Shown here: in pieces, positions 46,737 through 56,765 of the stretch | Numbering within the stretch: position 1 is the first letter of the stretch | How the letters are laid out: each line of letters opens with the position of its first letter | Assembly: GCA_009777935.1 (NCBI GenBank) | Contig: WRKU01000002.1 | Location: 11,205-75,204, forward strand | DNA length: 64,000 nucleotides | Origin: Coriobacteriia bacterium | Lineage (GTDB): Bacteria; Actinomycetota; Coriobacteriia; WRKU01 | Reading direction: 5' to 3' | Made by a program: the position numbers and the translations under genes | Notes under the pieces: generated by a model | Seen by the model: the letters and a program-made list of their open reading frames with translations, nothing else | Told to the model about the DNA's origin: nothing | The model's database searches: none

Positions 46737-47952
46737 GCGCATCTGCCTGTCGCACCCTTACAATATCGCCTACGATGTGCGACTTCTCAAGTCTGTGCGT
46801 GCGCTACAAGAAGCAGGTGCTGAGGTCAGTATCATGGTGCGAAAATGGGAGACGACGGGTGAGACCCCCTATCATGATCTGTGCGAAATTATCGAAGTTG
46901 ACACAACTGCGTATCTGGTACCGGTTACGCATTCCGAACACCGCATAGGGCCGCTTAAGGTGCTCTGGAATCTCGCGGTGTACGAGCCGATGCGCCACTG
47001 GTGTACTACGAAGAAAAAGGTGAATCTACTGACCGGCTTTGCCGAAGAGATGATAGCGCGTGACTTTGACATCGTGCACTTTACCGACTACGTATCGGCG
47101 GCCGAGGCACTACGTATGACCGAACGTTCCGATATTCCGGTCGTTTACGAGACCTACGAATATTCTCCGACGATTATTGCTGCTGTACCGGCACATCAAG
47201 ACGTAGCGCGCTTCTATGCCGATCAGGAAATCGCTGCAATGGATAGTGCGGACGCCGTTATTGTAGTGAGTGAAGATATCAAAGAGAGGTACGGACGCGA
47301 GACGACAAACGATAACGTCCACGTCGTTCTCAATGTCCCGCCCAATACGCCGTTGCCGCCTCGATCTGTCCGCGATCCGATGCGTTTTTACTTTCAGAGC
47401 ATCATTCGTCCTGACTACGGCCTTGAGATGCTTATCGATGCTTTTTCCCAGGTCAAAGGGGGTTGGGAGCTCGCTATCCAGGGGCCAAATGCTTACCCTG
47501 AGTATCGCAAGGAGCTGGAACGTCGTGTGGAAGAACGGGGTCTACAAGACCGCGTGTCTTTCCCTGATCCGGTGACTTCGCTTGAGGTTGTCGAGGCCGC
47601 GAATGCACACGATGTAGGACTGTGGCTTATCCCCACTGTTCAGAAGGGGCAGGTGCGTGAGAGCTGGAAACTGACGCTTGCCAACAAGCTTTTTGTGTAT
47701 GCCAATGCTGGTCTTGCAATGGTAATGGGGGACTACACAGCCACCAAGCATGTCATGAGTGGCTACGACGCCGTGTCGTGGGTCGATGAACTTTCGAGAG
47801 AAGATATCGTGGCACATATTCAGGAGCTCGTCGATAATCCGGTGCGGGTGGATGCCATGAAGCGGGCTTCGGCGGCGTGGTCGCAACATTACAATCTCGC
47901 GATTGGTCTGCAGCAGGTGCGCGATGCGTATCTCTCGGTGGTGAGCAGATGA
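46723..47952 (+). CDS. Glycosyltransferase (GT4-like), tandem paralog 1
   Basis: 'KRICLSHPYNIAYDVRLLKSVRALQEAGAEVSIMV'. The C-terminal half is roughly 75% identical at the protein level to the next gene. Confidence 0.65.
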   Translation: MLAGKRICLSHPYNIAYDVRLLKSVRALQEAGAEVSIMVRKWETTGETPYHDLCEIIEVDTTAYLVPVTHSEHRIGPLKVLWNLAVYEPMRHWCTTKKKVNLLTGFAEEMIARDFDIVHFTDYVSAAEALRMTERSDIPVVYETYEYSPTIIAAVPAHQDVARFYADQEIAAMDSADAVIVVSEDIKERYGRETTNDNVHVVLNVPPNTPLPPRSVRDPMRFYFQSIIRPDYGLEMLIDAFSQVKGGWELAIQGPNAYPEYRKELERRVEERGLQDRVSFPDPVTSLEVVEAANAHDVGLWLIPTVQKGQVRESWKLTLANKLFVYANAGLAMVMGDYTATKHVMSGYDAVSWVDELSREDIVAHIQELVDNPVRVDAMKRASAAWSQHYNLAIGLQQVRDAYLSVVSR

Positions 47953-49244
47953 CACCGCGGACATCATCGACATCACCGGATTTCTCTTCGCTGCGAGGTA
48001 AGCGTATTTGTCTGTCGCATCCGCACAATATTACCTATGACGTACGCCTTCTCAAGTCTGTTCGTGCCTTGCGGGAAGCGGGTGCCGAGGTCAGCATCAT
48101 GGTACGACGTCACAGTGTGCCGAAGAACGCGCTTTGCGAAGACTTACGCAACATTGAGATTATTGAGGTTGATACGACGGCAAATCTCGCTTTACTCAAA
48201 CCTTCCGAGAGTCGTATTTGGCCACTCAAGGTGCTATGGAACCTCTTTGTTTTCGAGCCTCTTCGTCGCTTGCGTAGCCGAAAAAGGGGAGAGAATGTCA
48301 TCATAGGGTTCGCCGAAGAGATGATCGCATGTGGCTTCGATATCGTGCACTTTACCGATTACGTATCGGCGGCCGAGGCTGCGCGTATGGCCGAATTTTC
48401 CGACATACCGGTCGTTTATGAGACCTATGAATACTCCCCGACAGTTATCGCCACGGTACATCCCAGTCGTGATATAGCACACTCTCTTGTCGAGCAGGAG
48501 ATCGCCGCGATGGACAGAGCTGCGGCTGTCATTGTTGTGGGCGATGAAATCTGCGAGAAGTATCGCCACAAAACCACGAATGAGAACGTACACGTGGTGT
48601 TAAACGTTCCGCTTGACATGCCGTTGCCGCCCCGCCCCGTCCACAACCCGATGCGATTCTACTTCCAAAGTATCATTCGTCCTGACTATGGCCTTGAGAT
48701 GCTAGTGGACGTTTTTTCTCAGGTCACAGGACATTGGGAGCTCGCTATTCAGGGGCCGAACGTCTACCCGAAGTACCGGCAAGAGCTTGAGCGTCGTGTA
48801 CAAAAGCATGGCCTGTACGATCGCATATCGTTTCTCGAGCCCGTTACTTCGTCTGAGGTCGTCGCGGAGGCGAACAGGCACGATGTCGGGATACTGCTTA
48901 TTCCCTCTATTCAAGAAGGGCAGGTACACGAGAACGCAAAGCTCGCGTTGCCGAACAAGTTTTTTACCTATGCCAATGCTGGCCTTGCAATGGTGTTGGG
49001 GGATTACATCGCCATGAAGCGCATCATGCAGGGATACGATGCGGTGTCGTGGGTCGATGAACTTTCAAGAGATGACGTCGTGGCGCACATCCAAGAACTT
49101 ATCGATGATCCGACACGTGTTAACGCAATGAAACAGGCTTCGGCGGAGTGGTCGCAACACCATAATCTCACAATCGGTCTACAGCAGATTTGCAAAACCT
49201 ACCTCTCGGTTGCAGAGGCTATCGATCAGCCGGAGGCCTCATGA
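47949..49244 (+). CDS. Glycosyltransferase (GT4-like), tandem paralog 2
   Basis: ATGA overlap at 47949. 'KRICLSHPHNITYDVRLLKSVRALREAGAEVSIMV', and 'FQSIIRPDYGLEML' is shared with paralog 1. Confidence 0.65.
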   Translation: MTPRTSSTSPDFSSLRGKRICLSHPHNITYDVRLLKSVRALREAGAEVSIMVRRHSVPKNALCEDLRNIEIIEVDTTANLALLKPSESRIWPLKVLWNLFVFEPLRRLRSRKRGENVIIGFAEEMIACGFDIVHFTDYVSAAEAARMAEFSDIPVVYETYEYSPTVIATVHPSRDIAHSLVEQEIAAMDRAAAVIVVGDEICEKYRHKTTNENVHVVLNVPLDMPLPPRPVHNPMRFYFQSIIRPDYGLEMLVDVFSQVTGHWELAIQGPNVYPKYRQELERRVQKHGLYDRISFLEPVTSSEVVAEANRHDVGILLIPSIQEGQVHENAKLALPNKFFTYANAGLAMVLGDYIAMKRIMQGYDAVSWVDELSRDDVVAHIQELIDDPTRVNAMKQASAEWSQHHNLTIGLQQICKTYLSVAEAIDQPEAS

Positions 49245-50401
49245 ACGGTGCGCCAACAAATCGCATAACAGTCTTTTTTGAGGCCGATGACTTCCTCGCG
49301 CTGTTAACCGGCGACTCATGCGATGATTGGACAATCGGCGGGGCAGAGGTGCAACAGTCGTATCTTGCACGCAGTTTTGCAGTAGATGAACGTTTTCATG
49401 TGGTGCTCGCTGCCAATAGGCCGCGCCCTGCAGCGCTTGATGACGGCTTTACCTATGTGCAGATTCCGGCTCACCTCAAACGGGGTCTGCCAATCGCAGG
49501 TCGAATCGTAAACCTTCTGCGTTCACGCGCCACCTTCGATACCGTCAAACCACCTGCCGTCTTTCTGCAGACACAGTACGAACGTTTTGACTTGACCTAT
49601 GCCGCGCAGAGGGCAGGCATTAAGATTGTGCGCTGGATAAACGGCGACTCGCTCGTCGATGGCAGTAATCTCATCGATGAGACGGCGCGCAGACGGTTGA
49701 ACTATCGGCTTAAGATGGCCGATGCGCTCGTCGCGCAATCCCCGCATCAACAGCAGCTCATCGCTCAGAATTTGCATCGAGAGAGTACGGTCATCGGCAG
49801 CATCGTTCCTGCTATGGGTGGTGTTGGTGCAGAGGCGGATACGCACACCGATACACACACACGATTTGGCGCGCGCACTGCTCTCTGGGTGGGCCGCTGC
49901 CATCCGGTCAAGAATCCTGAAGCATTTCTCGACCTCGCAGAGACGTTACCCGAAGTGTATTTTACGCTGGTTGCTGCGCCATGCGATGCAACACAAGAAT
50001 ATCAAGATGCCATCACAACACGCGCCAACTCTTTATCTAATGTGACGTTGCACGCGGGTCTTTCGCTTGATGCGACACAACGCCTGTACGGTCAGGTCTC
50101 ACTTTGCGTCAACACGTCTCATTCCGAAGGTATGCCCAACACGCTCATTGAGGCCTTTGCGGCCGGTATTCCTACGGCAGCGCTCACCGTCAACCCGGAA
50201 GGGCTGCTCGTTGAAGAAAACGGCTGTTTTTGTGCAGAGGGCGATCCCAAAGACCTTGCGCGGTGGATTCAACGTATGCTCGACGATGTTGTCCTCTATG
50301 CGGCGCAGTGCGATAAAGTACAACTAGGTGCAAAGAAGCAGTGGAGCAACGAGAAGGTAGTCGATGATTACTACCGGTTGTTCGTGGACGTAACGAGGTA
50401 G
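49241..50401 (+). CDS. Glycosyltransferase family 4 (GT-B)
   Basis: GGAGG ribosome-binding site, then an ATG at 49241 overlapping the previous stop. 'NTSHSEGMPNTLIEAFAAGIP' GT1 motif. Confidence 0.7.
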   Translation: MNGAPTNRITVFFEADDFLALLTGDSCDDWTIGGAEVQQSYLARSFAVDERFHVVLAANRPRPAALDDGFTYVQIPAHLKRGLPIAGRIVNLLRSRATFDTVKPPAVFLQTQYERFDLTYAAQRAGIKIVRWINGDSLVDGSNLIDETARRRLNYRLKMADALVAQSPHQQQLIAQNLHRESTVIGSIVPAMGGVGAEADTHTDTHTRFGARTALWVGRCHPVKNPEAFLDLAETLPEVYFTLVAAPCDATQEYQDAITTRANSLSNVTLHAGLSLDATQRLYGQVSLCVNTSHSEGMPNTLIEAFAAGIPTAALTVNPEGLLVEENGCFCAEGDPKDLARWIQRMLDDVVLYAAQCDKVQLGAKKQWSNEKVVDDYYRLFVDVTR

Positions 50402-50403
50402 GG

Positions 50404-51111
50404 GTGCAGATGTACGATATTGGTTCGTTTTCTACGGTTCATGAGGGCGCTCAAATCGGTGAGGGAAGCGTTATCGGCAACAACGTTACCATCTATGCAG
50501 ACGTTGTGTTAGGCGCGCGTTGCACCGTTGCAGATTGTGCGGTGCTCGGCAAGAAGCCGAAGCTTGCGGCGTCATCGACAGCGGCAGGCGGAGACCTCGC
50601 CCCTCTCGTGATGGGCGATGACTGTGTGGTCGGGGCCCATACCGTTCTTATGGCAGGCACCACGTTTGGTGAGCGCTGCATCGTGGGTGATAATGCCGGC
50701 GTGCGTGAGCGTTGCGCTATTGGCGACAACGTGGTAGTCGGGCGGGGAGTTACCGTCGAAAACGACACGACTATCGGCGCACGTACGCGCATTCAGAGCG
50801 GCGCCTACATCACGGCATACGTTACTATCGAAGACGATGTCTTTATCGCACCGATGGTAGTGACCACTAATGACAACTACATGGGACGTACCGAGGGTGC
50901 GACCGCTGCGATGAAGGGCTGTGCGATTCGTCGTGCCGCGCGCGTGGGCGGCGGTGTCCACATTTTGCCGGGTATCGATATCGGTGAAGACTCGTTCGTA
51001 GCCACCGGTGCCGTCGTCACAAAAGACGTGCCCGCGCGCACCGTTGTTATGGGGGTGCCGGCTCGGCCGGTGCGTGAGGTCGCGGCCGAGGAACTTCTCG
51101 AAACTCTCTGA
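50404..51111 (+). CDS. Hexapeptide-repeat (left-handed beta-helix) sugar N- or O-acetyltransferase (PglD/WbpD/NeuD-like)
   Basis: Repeating [LIV]G..... hexapeptides throughout ('IGEGSVIGNNVTIYADVVLGARCTVADCAVLG...'). Confidence 0.75.
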   Translation: MQMYDIGSFSTVHEGAQIGEGSVIGNNVTIYADVVLGARCTVADCAVLGKKPKLAASSTAAGGDLAPLVMGDDCVVGAHTVLMAGTTFGERCIVGDNAGVRERCAIGDNVVVGRGVTVENDTTIGARTRIQSGAYITAYVTIEDDVFIAPMVVTTNDNYMGRTEGATAAMKGCAIRRAARVGGGVHILPGIDIGEDSFVATGAVVTKDVPARTVVMGVPARPVREVAAEELLETL

Positions 51112-51123
51112 CAGGTATTCATT

Positions 51124-52498
51124 GGTGTTCGCAAAATATCGCACATCCATTCTGCTTGCGACCGTCGCGCTCGTTGCTCTGCTCGTCTTCAGTGTCGTTG
51201 CGTATCTCAGGGGTCCGGCAGAGATCGTCGGTGATTCACTTTCTTACGTGGCCGCCGCACAGCGCTTGATAACGACTGGCACGTTCGACATGAGCAGAGA
51301 GCCTTCTCTTGAAGTTATTGATGGACCGACCGCATGGGCGATGCCGGGCTATACGTTTTTTCTGGTGCCCTTGTACTTGATGTCGGGCGTCAGCGATGAT
51401 TTTTATGCGAACGTGCACAATGTCTATCCGTTGATTGTAGGGATGCAGCTCGTACTTGCCGCACTTAGCGTTGCTGTGCTGGCAGGGTGTGGGTTTTTGC
51501 TACAGGGCAATCGCGGTGCTTTTCTTGTGGGTGTACTTGGTATCTGTTATCTTCCTCTTGCATTCAATGCAGCCTACATCGGCACCGAAACGCTCGCGTT
51601 CTTCCTGACATCACTCGTGCTTTTATGTGCACTCGGCCTTTTGCAAACATCGGTTGGGAAACGTGCGATATTGTGGGCGTGCGCACTCGGGGTTGTCGGT
51701 GGTCTGCTCGTGCTTGTGCGTCCCTCTATTTTGCCGTGGCTGCTCGTTCCGACGGTATTTTATGTGATTCTCAACCGCACGCAGTTAGCCCGCGCACTTG
51801 TGATTGCCCTGGCGTGCGTGGCGTGCGTCGGGCTGGTGATGAGCCCGTGGATAGTGCGCAACGCTGTCGTTTTTGGCGAGTTTATTCCTTTGACGAGCGG
51901 CTCCGGGCATCCCTTGTTTGCGTCTGTCTCCTCAGACCCGATTACTGCTGAAGACGAAGACTTCATGCAGCAGGCTGAAGCGCGTGGTGAAGACGGATAT
52001 CGAGCGTTAGCGTTCCAACGCCTCTCTGCGCGCTGGCATCAAGACCCCGTGGAATTCGTACTTTGGAAGGTGGAGACAATCGGCTCGGCAGCCACAAGGT
52101 ATCCAGACACCACTTTTGACGCATGGGTATGGAAGAATACCGTATGGCCGGCGATGGACGAGGCCGAACGGGTCACTTTCCATGCGGTTGAGCAGGCGGA
52201 CGTCAAAGACCCCTACAGCCATTTTGACCGAGCGCTCAGGTTGTGGACAGCTTACTATCATCGACTTTTGCTCGTTATGGCGGTGTTTGGCTTTGCGGTT
52301 TCTCTCAAGAAATGGGAAGGGTGGTTTCTCGCTTCGCTGCCGGTCTTTTTTCTGTTGGTACACACGTACTTTGTGGTCGAGCCTCGCTACCTGTACTACA
52401 ATGTTACTGCAGTTGTTCTTCTTGCAATGTTGGGCGTGTATTTTTGTGTCGATAAACTTGGCGCGCTTTCGGGTGCAGGCACGAGAGATGAGGATTAA
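51124..52498 (+). CDS. GT-C-like polytopic membrane glycosyltransferase, paralog 2
   Basis: The ORF opens at 51008 and overlaps the upstream gene. A likely TTG or GTG start near 51124 gives 'VFAKYRTSILLATVAL...'. The loop 'IVGDSLSYVAAAQRLITTGTFDMS' is homologous to the gene at 45366. Confidence 0.45.
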
Positions 52499-52500
52499 CC

Positions 52501-53607
52501 ATGGCTATACCACTGCTCGATCTTACGAACCAGTACTTTGAGCTCAAAGAAGAGTCCGATGCTATCTGGTTTGACGTCATGGAAAACTCTGCCTATATCG
52601 GGGGACCGCGGGTGGCTCAGCTCGAGAAAGAGCTCGCCGAATACGTTGGCGTCAAGCATTGCATAGCGTGCGCGAACGGTACTGACGCACTGTTCCTTAT
52701 CCTCGAAGCACTCGGCATAAAGCGCGGCGACGAAATTATCACGACACCGTGGACCTTTTTTGCCACCATCGAATGCATCACGCATCTCGGTGCGAAGCCG
52801 GTTATGGTCGATATCGATCCACGCTCCTACAATATCGACCCTGCGGCGATTGAGGCCGCGATTACGCCGAACACAAAGGCGATTATTCCGGTACATATCT
52901 ACGGTCAGTGTTGTGATATGGATGCCATTAACGACATCGCTAAACGGCATAATCTCTTCGTCATCGAAGACGCCTGTCAGGCGATGGGGGCGGCTTATAA
53001 AGGTAAGCGTGCCGGCGCACTTGCGGATGCTGCGGCGTTTAGCTTCTACCCGACGAAAAATCTGGGCTGTGGTGGCGACGGTGGCTGCATCACGACCGAC
53101 AATGACGAGGTCGCTGCGCGTATTCGCCTTATTGCGACGCACGGTATGCCGCAGCCTTATCGACACACAGCGTTTGGGGTAAACTCGCGCCTCGACGCGC
53201 TTCAAGCTGGACTACTGTCCCTGCGTCTCGCTAAACTTGATGAGTGGAACGGCCAGCGTGCTGCTGAGGCCGCCTACTACAACGAGCAACTTGCCGGTGT
53301 GGGTGATCTCATCACGCCGCATGGCGAAGACTTCAGTACGCATATCTACCATCTCTATATCCTCAAAACCGACCACGCACCCGAACTCCAACAATATCTA
53401 CGCGATCAAGGTATCGGCGCCGCCATCTACTATCCTCTTGCGCTGCACGAACAGGAGTGCTTCGACCTTTTGCCCGATTACGTGAAGCCGTCGCTGCCGA
53501 TTGCCGAAGAATGTGCAAACAAGACGCTTGCCATCCCGTGTTTCCCCGGTCTCACGCGCGAGCAACAAGACGAGGTTATCGCAGCTATCAAGAAGTTTTT
53601 TACGTAG
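52501..53607 (+). CDS. DegT/DnrJ/EryC1-family sugar aminotransferase (WbpE/PglE-like)
   Basis: 'LLDLTNQYFELKEESDAIWFDVMENSAYIGGPRVAQLEKELAEYVGVKHCIACANGTDAL' is canonical. Confidence 0.85.
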   Translation: MAIPLLDLTNQYFELKEESDAIWFDVMENSAYIGGPRVAQLEKELAEYVGVKHCIACANGTDALFLILEALGIKRGDEIITTPWTFFATIECITHLGAKPVMVDIDPRSYNIDPAAIEAAITPNTKAIIPVHIYGQCCDMDAINDIAKRHNLFVIEDACQAMGAAYKGKRAGALADAAAFSFYPTKNLGCGGDGGCITTDNDEVAARIRLIATHGMPQPYRHTAFGVNSRLDALQAGLLSLRLAKLDEWNGQRAAEAAYYNEQLAGVGDLITPHGEDFSTHIYHLYILKTDHAPELQQYLRDQGIGAAIYYPLALHEQECFDLLPDYVKPSLPIAEECANKTLAIPCFPGLTREQQDEVIAAIKKFFT

Positions 53608-54550
53608 TACAGAGCGCCTCAATCTGCTCGACGAGCTCGACAGCACGCAGACCGTCCTCACCGGTAACGAGCGGCTCACGTTTGCTGAGAACAGCGTCGT
53701 AGAAGTCGTCTTGCTCGAGGCGGAGCGGCTCGCCGCCGGACACCAGTGTCGGAATCTCGACAACGCTTGCCTGTGAGAAAACGACCTCGTCGTTCTCACG
53801 CGTGTATTTGACCTCGGCCTCGCGTTTTATCTCAATCTCTTGGCGCAAGGTATCGGCGATGAAGAAACGCTCTGGCTCGGCAATAGTAATACGGCGCACT
53901 TTGTCCTGAGTAACGCGCGAAGTCTGTATGGTGGCGATACACCCGTTCTCGAACTCGATAACGGTGCTCGCAACATCAATCGTCTCGCTGAAGACCTTCG
54001 TACCTGCCGCGCTGACTTTGACCGGACTACTCTTCGCAAGCCAGCAGGCAAGATCGACGTCGTGCACGGTGAGATCGTAGATAACGCTGTCTTTAATGCG
54101 CGGGGTGTAGGGCGACAGGCGCTCAATCGAAATCATCTTTGGATCGTCGGAGAGTCGAGAAAGCGTCTGAATAGCTGGATTAAAACGTTCTACGTGTCCG
54201 ACGGCGAGTTTTACCCCGGCAGCCTTGGCGGCATCGACAATCTGGCGAGCCGTCTCGGGGCACTCTGCAAGAGGTTTCTCGATGAGGAGGTTGACGTTGC
54301 GCTCGATAAGCGTTAATGCAATCTCGCCGTGGCAGTGGGTTGGGGTCACGACGACGGCGACATCGATGGGGGGCAACTCATCCATCGATGCAAATACCGG
54401 CGCTCCCCACGGTGCGGCGACCTCTTGCGCACACGCAAGGTCAGGATCAACGACACCAACGAGTTCGACATCGGGGTGCTGTGACATGATGCGTACGTGA
54501 TGGCGCCCCATTCTGCCGGCACCGAAGACCGCTCCGCGAAGTTGTGACAT
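53600..54550 (-). CDS. Gfo/Idh/MocA-family NAD(P)-dependent oxidoreductase (WbpB-like)
   Basis: 'LRGAVFGAGRMGRHHVRIMSQHPDVELVGVVD' Rossmann N-terminus. Converges on and overlaps the aminotransferase end. Confidence 0.8.
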   Translation of the reverse strand: MSQLRGAVFGAGRMGRHHVRIMSQHPDVELVGVVDPDLACAQEVAAPWGAPVFASMDELPPIDVAVVVTPTHCHGEIALTLIERNVNLLIEKPLAECPETARQIVDAAKAAGVKLAVGHVERFNPAIQTLSRLSDDPKMISIERLSPYTPRIKDSVIYDLTVHDVDLACWLAKSSPVKVSAAGTKVFSETIDVASTVIEFENGCIATIQTSRVTQDKVRRITIAEPERFFIADTLRQEIEIKREAEVKYTRENDEVVFSQASVVEIPTLVSGGEPLRLEQDDFYDAVLSKREPLVTGEDGLRAVELVEQIEALCTT

Positions 54551-54580
54551 GCGTGCCTCCCTGAGTGAACGTACAAATAC

Positions 54581-55300
54581 CTAGAAGTTAACCGCCGGTG
54601 CGTTGTCGCCATCGAGGCAGACCTCGACCTCTTGAGTTGCCGCACCACCAGGTGCCGGAGCGACGTTTTCGACGGCAGGCGCAGTATAGGTGGAGCTTGC
54701 CGCCGCTTCTGCGGCAGCGGCAGCCTCTGCTGCGGCCAACGCTTCGGCCTCAAGCGCTGCCCGGTGAGCATGCGCCGCCTCCTTCGTGTTTACCGTCTCA
54801 TTCGTCTCAGGATCGACGTACTCGATGAAGAGTACCTCGCCGTCATAGCGCACGGTGAACTCATCAAGAACGTCGAGTCCTACGGCGTAAAGCTCCATAG
54901 TAGAGCCATCTTCAAAGGTGAAGAGGAAGTTGTAGAGGGTATTGATAGCACGCTCATCGTCGCCGTCCGCCGCACTATCGGTGACGGTTTCGTCCGGAGT
55001 AGCTACGTCAGCAGGAGGGGTGAAAAAGACGCGAACCGTTTCATTGGTCTCGATGAAAGTGTCCGCCTCTATCAAGCCTGCCGGATACGCCGGTGCCAAT
55101 GCATCCTTGATAGCCATTTCGGTAATCACGAGGCCGGTGCCGTTTGTCATGAGAAATGCGAGAGCACCGGTGGTTTCCGTTCCGATAGTCTGGTACTCCG
55201 GTGCCGAATCTTCCTCGATGGGTGCCTCTTCTTCCGGTGTGCAGGCAGACACGGTAAACACAAGCCCTGCAATGAGTAATACGAACAATATCTTTCTCAT
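54581..55300 (-). CDS. Hypothetical lipoprotein
   Basis: 'MRKILFVLLIAGLVFTVSAC' lipobox. Acidic mature protein with an Ala-rich helical tail. Confidence 0.45.
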   Translation of the reverse strand: MRKILFVLLIAGLVFTVSACTPEEEAPIEEDSAPEYQTIGTETTGALAFLMTNGTGLVITEMAIKDALAPAYPAGLIEADTFIETNETVRVFFTPPADVATPDETVTDSAADGDDERAINTLYNFLFTFEDGSTMELYAVGLDVLDEFTVRYDGEVLFIEYVDPETNETVNTKEAAHAHRAALEAEALAAAEAAAAAEAAASSTYTAPAVENVAPAPGGAATQEVEVCLDGDNAPAVNF

Positions 55301-55302
55301 GG

Positions 55303-56763
55303 TTAGTTCTCCTGTGATATGATGCCGGTTGCTACAACAGACTGTTTCCCACTGTCTTCAAGAATAACATAGAATGGTGTGTCGTTTTGTTCAAGCGATG
55401 TCTTGCGAAGGTAGAGGCGGAACCCATATGCGCTTGGCAATCCGTCTCTTGTTGCTGTGATATAGAACGGCTGATACACACGTGGCACGGTGTCACCCTG
55501 TTGCTCAAGCGCGATGTATATCTGCACGTTGGGATGCTGCGCAAGCTGAGGATCCAGTATGCCATCGACGACGACATAGTCTCCATCGGTATGGACCGCC
55601 GTGAGAGTTGGGGTAGCGGTCTCGTCGTTAGCGTCGAGCGTAAGAGACAGCTCGTTGAAGGCCGGTAAAGCGACCTCAACAGTTGGCCCTTCAAAGACCG
55701 GAGGGTTATCCTGCCAGAGCGAAATGCTGCGTTCAGCACGCTGAAAGACGACGTAGTCGAAAGATCCTGTCAGAAGATCGTATTCGAGGTTATAAGGGAT
55801 ATATTGCGTGAAGACTGCACGTTCAAACTCTTCAGCAAAGAACGGGACAAGCATATCGGCGAACGAATCTCGATACATCAAGAGCGATCCCGTCTGTGCG
55901 GGATTGGCCGTCACAAGATAGTCACTGTTAGCGTCCTGTGTTTTGTCCACGTAACGAAGTTTCAGGTTTTCGTGGTAGACGTAACCTTCCTCGTGGTCTA
56001 CATTTTCAATCAGGAGCATGCGGTCGAGATCACCGACATTGACCGGCTCAATACGAGGATTCACGCTTTCATAACGCCCATGCTCTCTGTCCAAGGTATC
56101 CAGAACAGTACTATACGCGATAAGAGCACCTCGGTTATTCCAGTGTGTATCGCGCTTATAGTAGATGCCAAGACCGGAAAGGTTTTGCTCTGCCGCGGCA
56201 GCACGAAGGGGAGCAAAAAGGTCGGCATAGGTGACCTCGGTATGAGCAAGATGCTCTTCGAGGAGGTCGATGTTCGAGGTGTCGCTTACCACTCGGTAGC
56301 GGGTCGGCATGTACTTGCCGTACACCGAGTTCTTGTTCGGCGCAATCGTTGCCACAAACTGCGCACCGTGACGTTCGACAAAACTCTGTGTGAGTTCGAG
56401 GTTGTGGACGATATTGTATGCTTGGCGTTCTGACATGAGGTTTCTGCCAAGATAATCATCGAGTGTTTCGACAAAGAAAAGCCACTCGTTGGTACCGATA
56501 ATGACCTGATTGGTCGCCGAAACCCCGACGGCGTATCTCATGTGGCCGTTGAGACTCAAAAACTCTTTGCGATAGGCAAAGTTTTCTTCGAAGAAATCGC
56601 CCAACTTTGCAAGATACGCAAGGTCAAAGATAACTTCCTCAGAAGGAGCAGGCATTTCAGAGGTATCTGTCTCATACCATAACAGCCCTACCAGAGGGAG
56701 CAGCAGGATTGCCATGCCGAGGGTCAGATAGAAGGCAATGAGGGCTTTGCGCACAGATGCCAT
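55303..56763 (-). CDS. AlgX/AlgJ/DHHW-like SGNH-fold protein, membrane-anchored (polysaccharide O-acetylation partner)
   Basis: N-terminal TM helix. 'YYKRDTHWNNRGAL' (the D-x-H-W catalytic motif of AlgX/AlgJ/DHHW proteins). Immediately downstream of an MBOAT gene. Confidence 0.55.
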   Translation of the reverse strand: MASVRKALIAFYLTLGMAILLLPLVGLLWYETDTSEMPAPSEEVIFDLAYLAKLGDFFEENFAYRKEFLSLNGHMRYAVGVSATNQVIIGTNEWLFFVETLDDYLGRNLMSERQAYNIVHNLELTQSFVERHGAQFVATIAPNKNSVYGKYMPTRYRVVSDTSNIDLLEEHLAHTEVTYADLFAPLRAAAAEQNLSGLGIYYKRDTHWNNRGALIAYSTVLDTLDREHGRYESVNPRIEPVNVGDLDRMLLIENVDHEEGYVYHENLKLRYVDKTQDANSDYLVTANPAQTGSLLMYRDSFADMLVPFFAEEFERAVFTQYIPYNLEYDLLTGSFDYVVFQRAERSISLWQDNPPVFEGPTVEVALPAFNELSLTLDANDETATPTLTAVHTDGDYVVVDGILDPQLAQHPNVQIYIALEQQGDTVPRVYQPFYITATRDGLPSAYGFRLYLRKTSLEQNDTPFYVILEDSGKQSVVATGIISQEN

Positions 56764-56765
56764 CG

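Noticed and set aside
51008-51123. N-terminal extension of the GT-C paralog ORF (ATG at 51008)
   Set aside because: It overlaps the last 100 nt of the acetyltransferase gene and encodes an Arg/Cys-rich non-hydrophobic peptide. The paralog at 45366 begins directly with the hydrophobic region, which supports a TTG or GTG start near 51124.
50572-51150. 192-aa minus-strand ORF
   Set aside because: It lies antisense to the hexapeptide acetyltransferase gene, whose repeat structure is clear on the plus strand.
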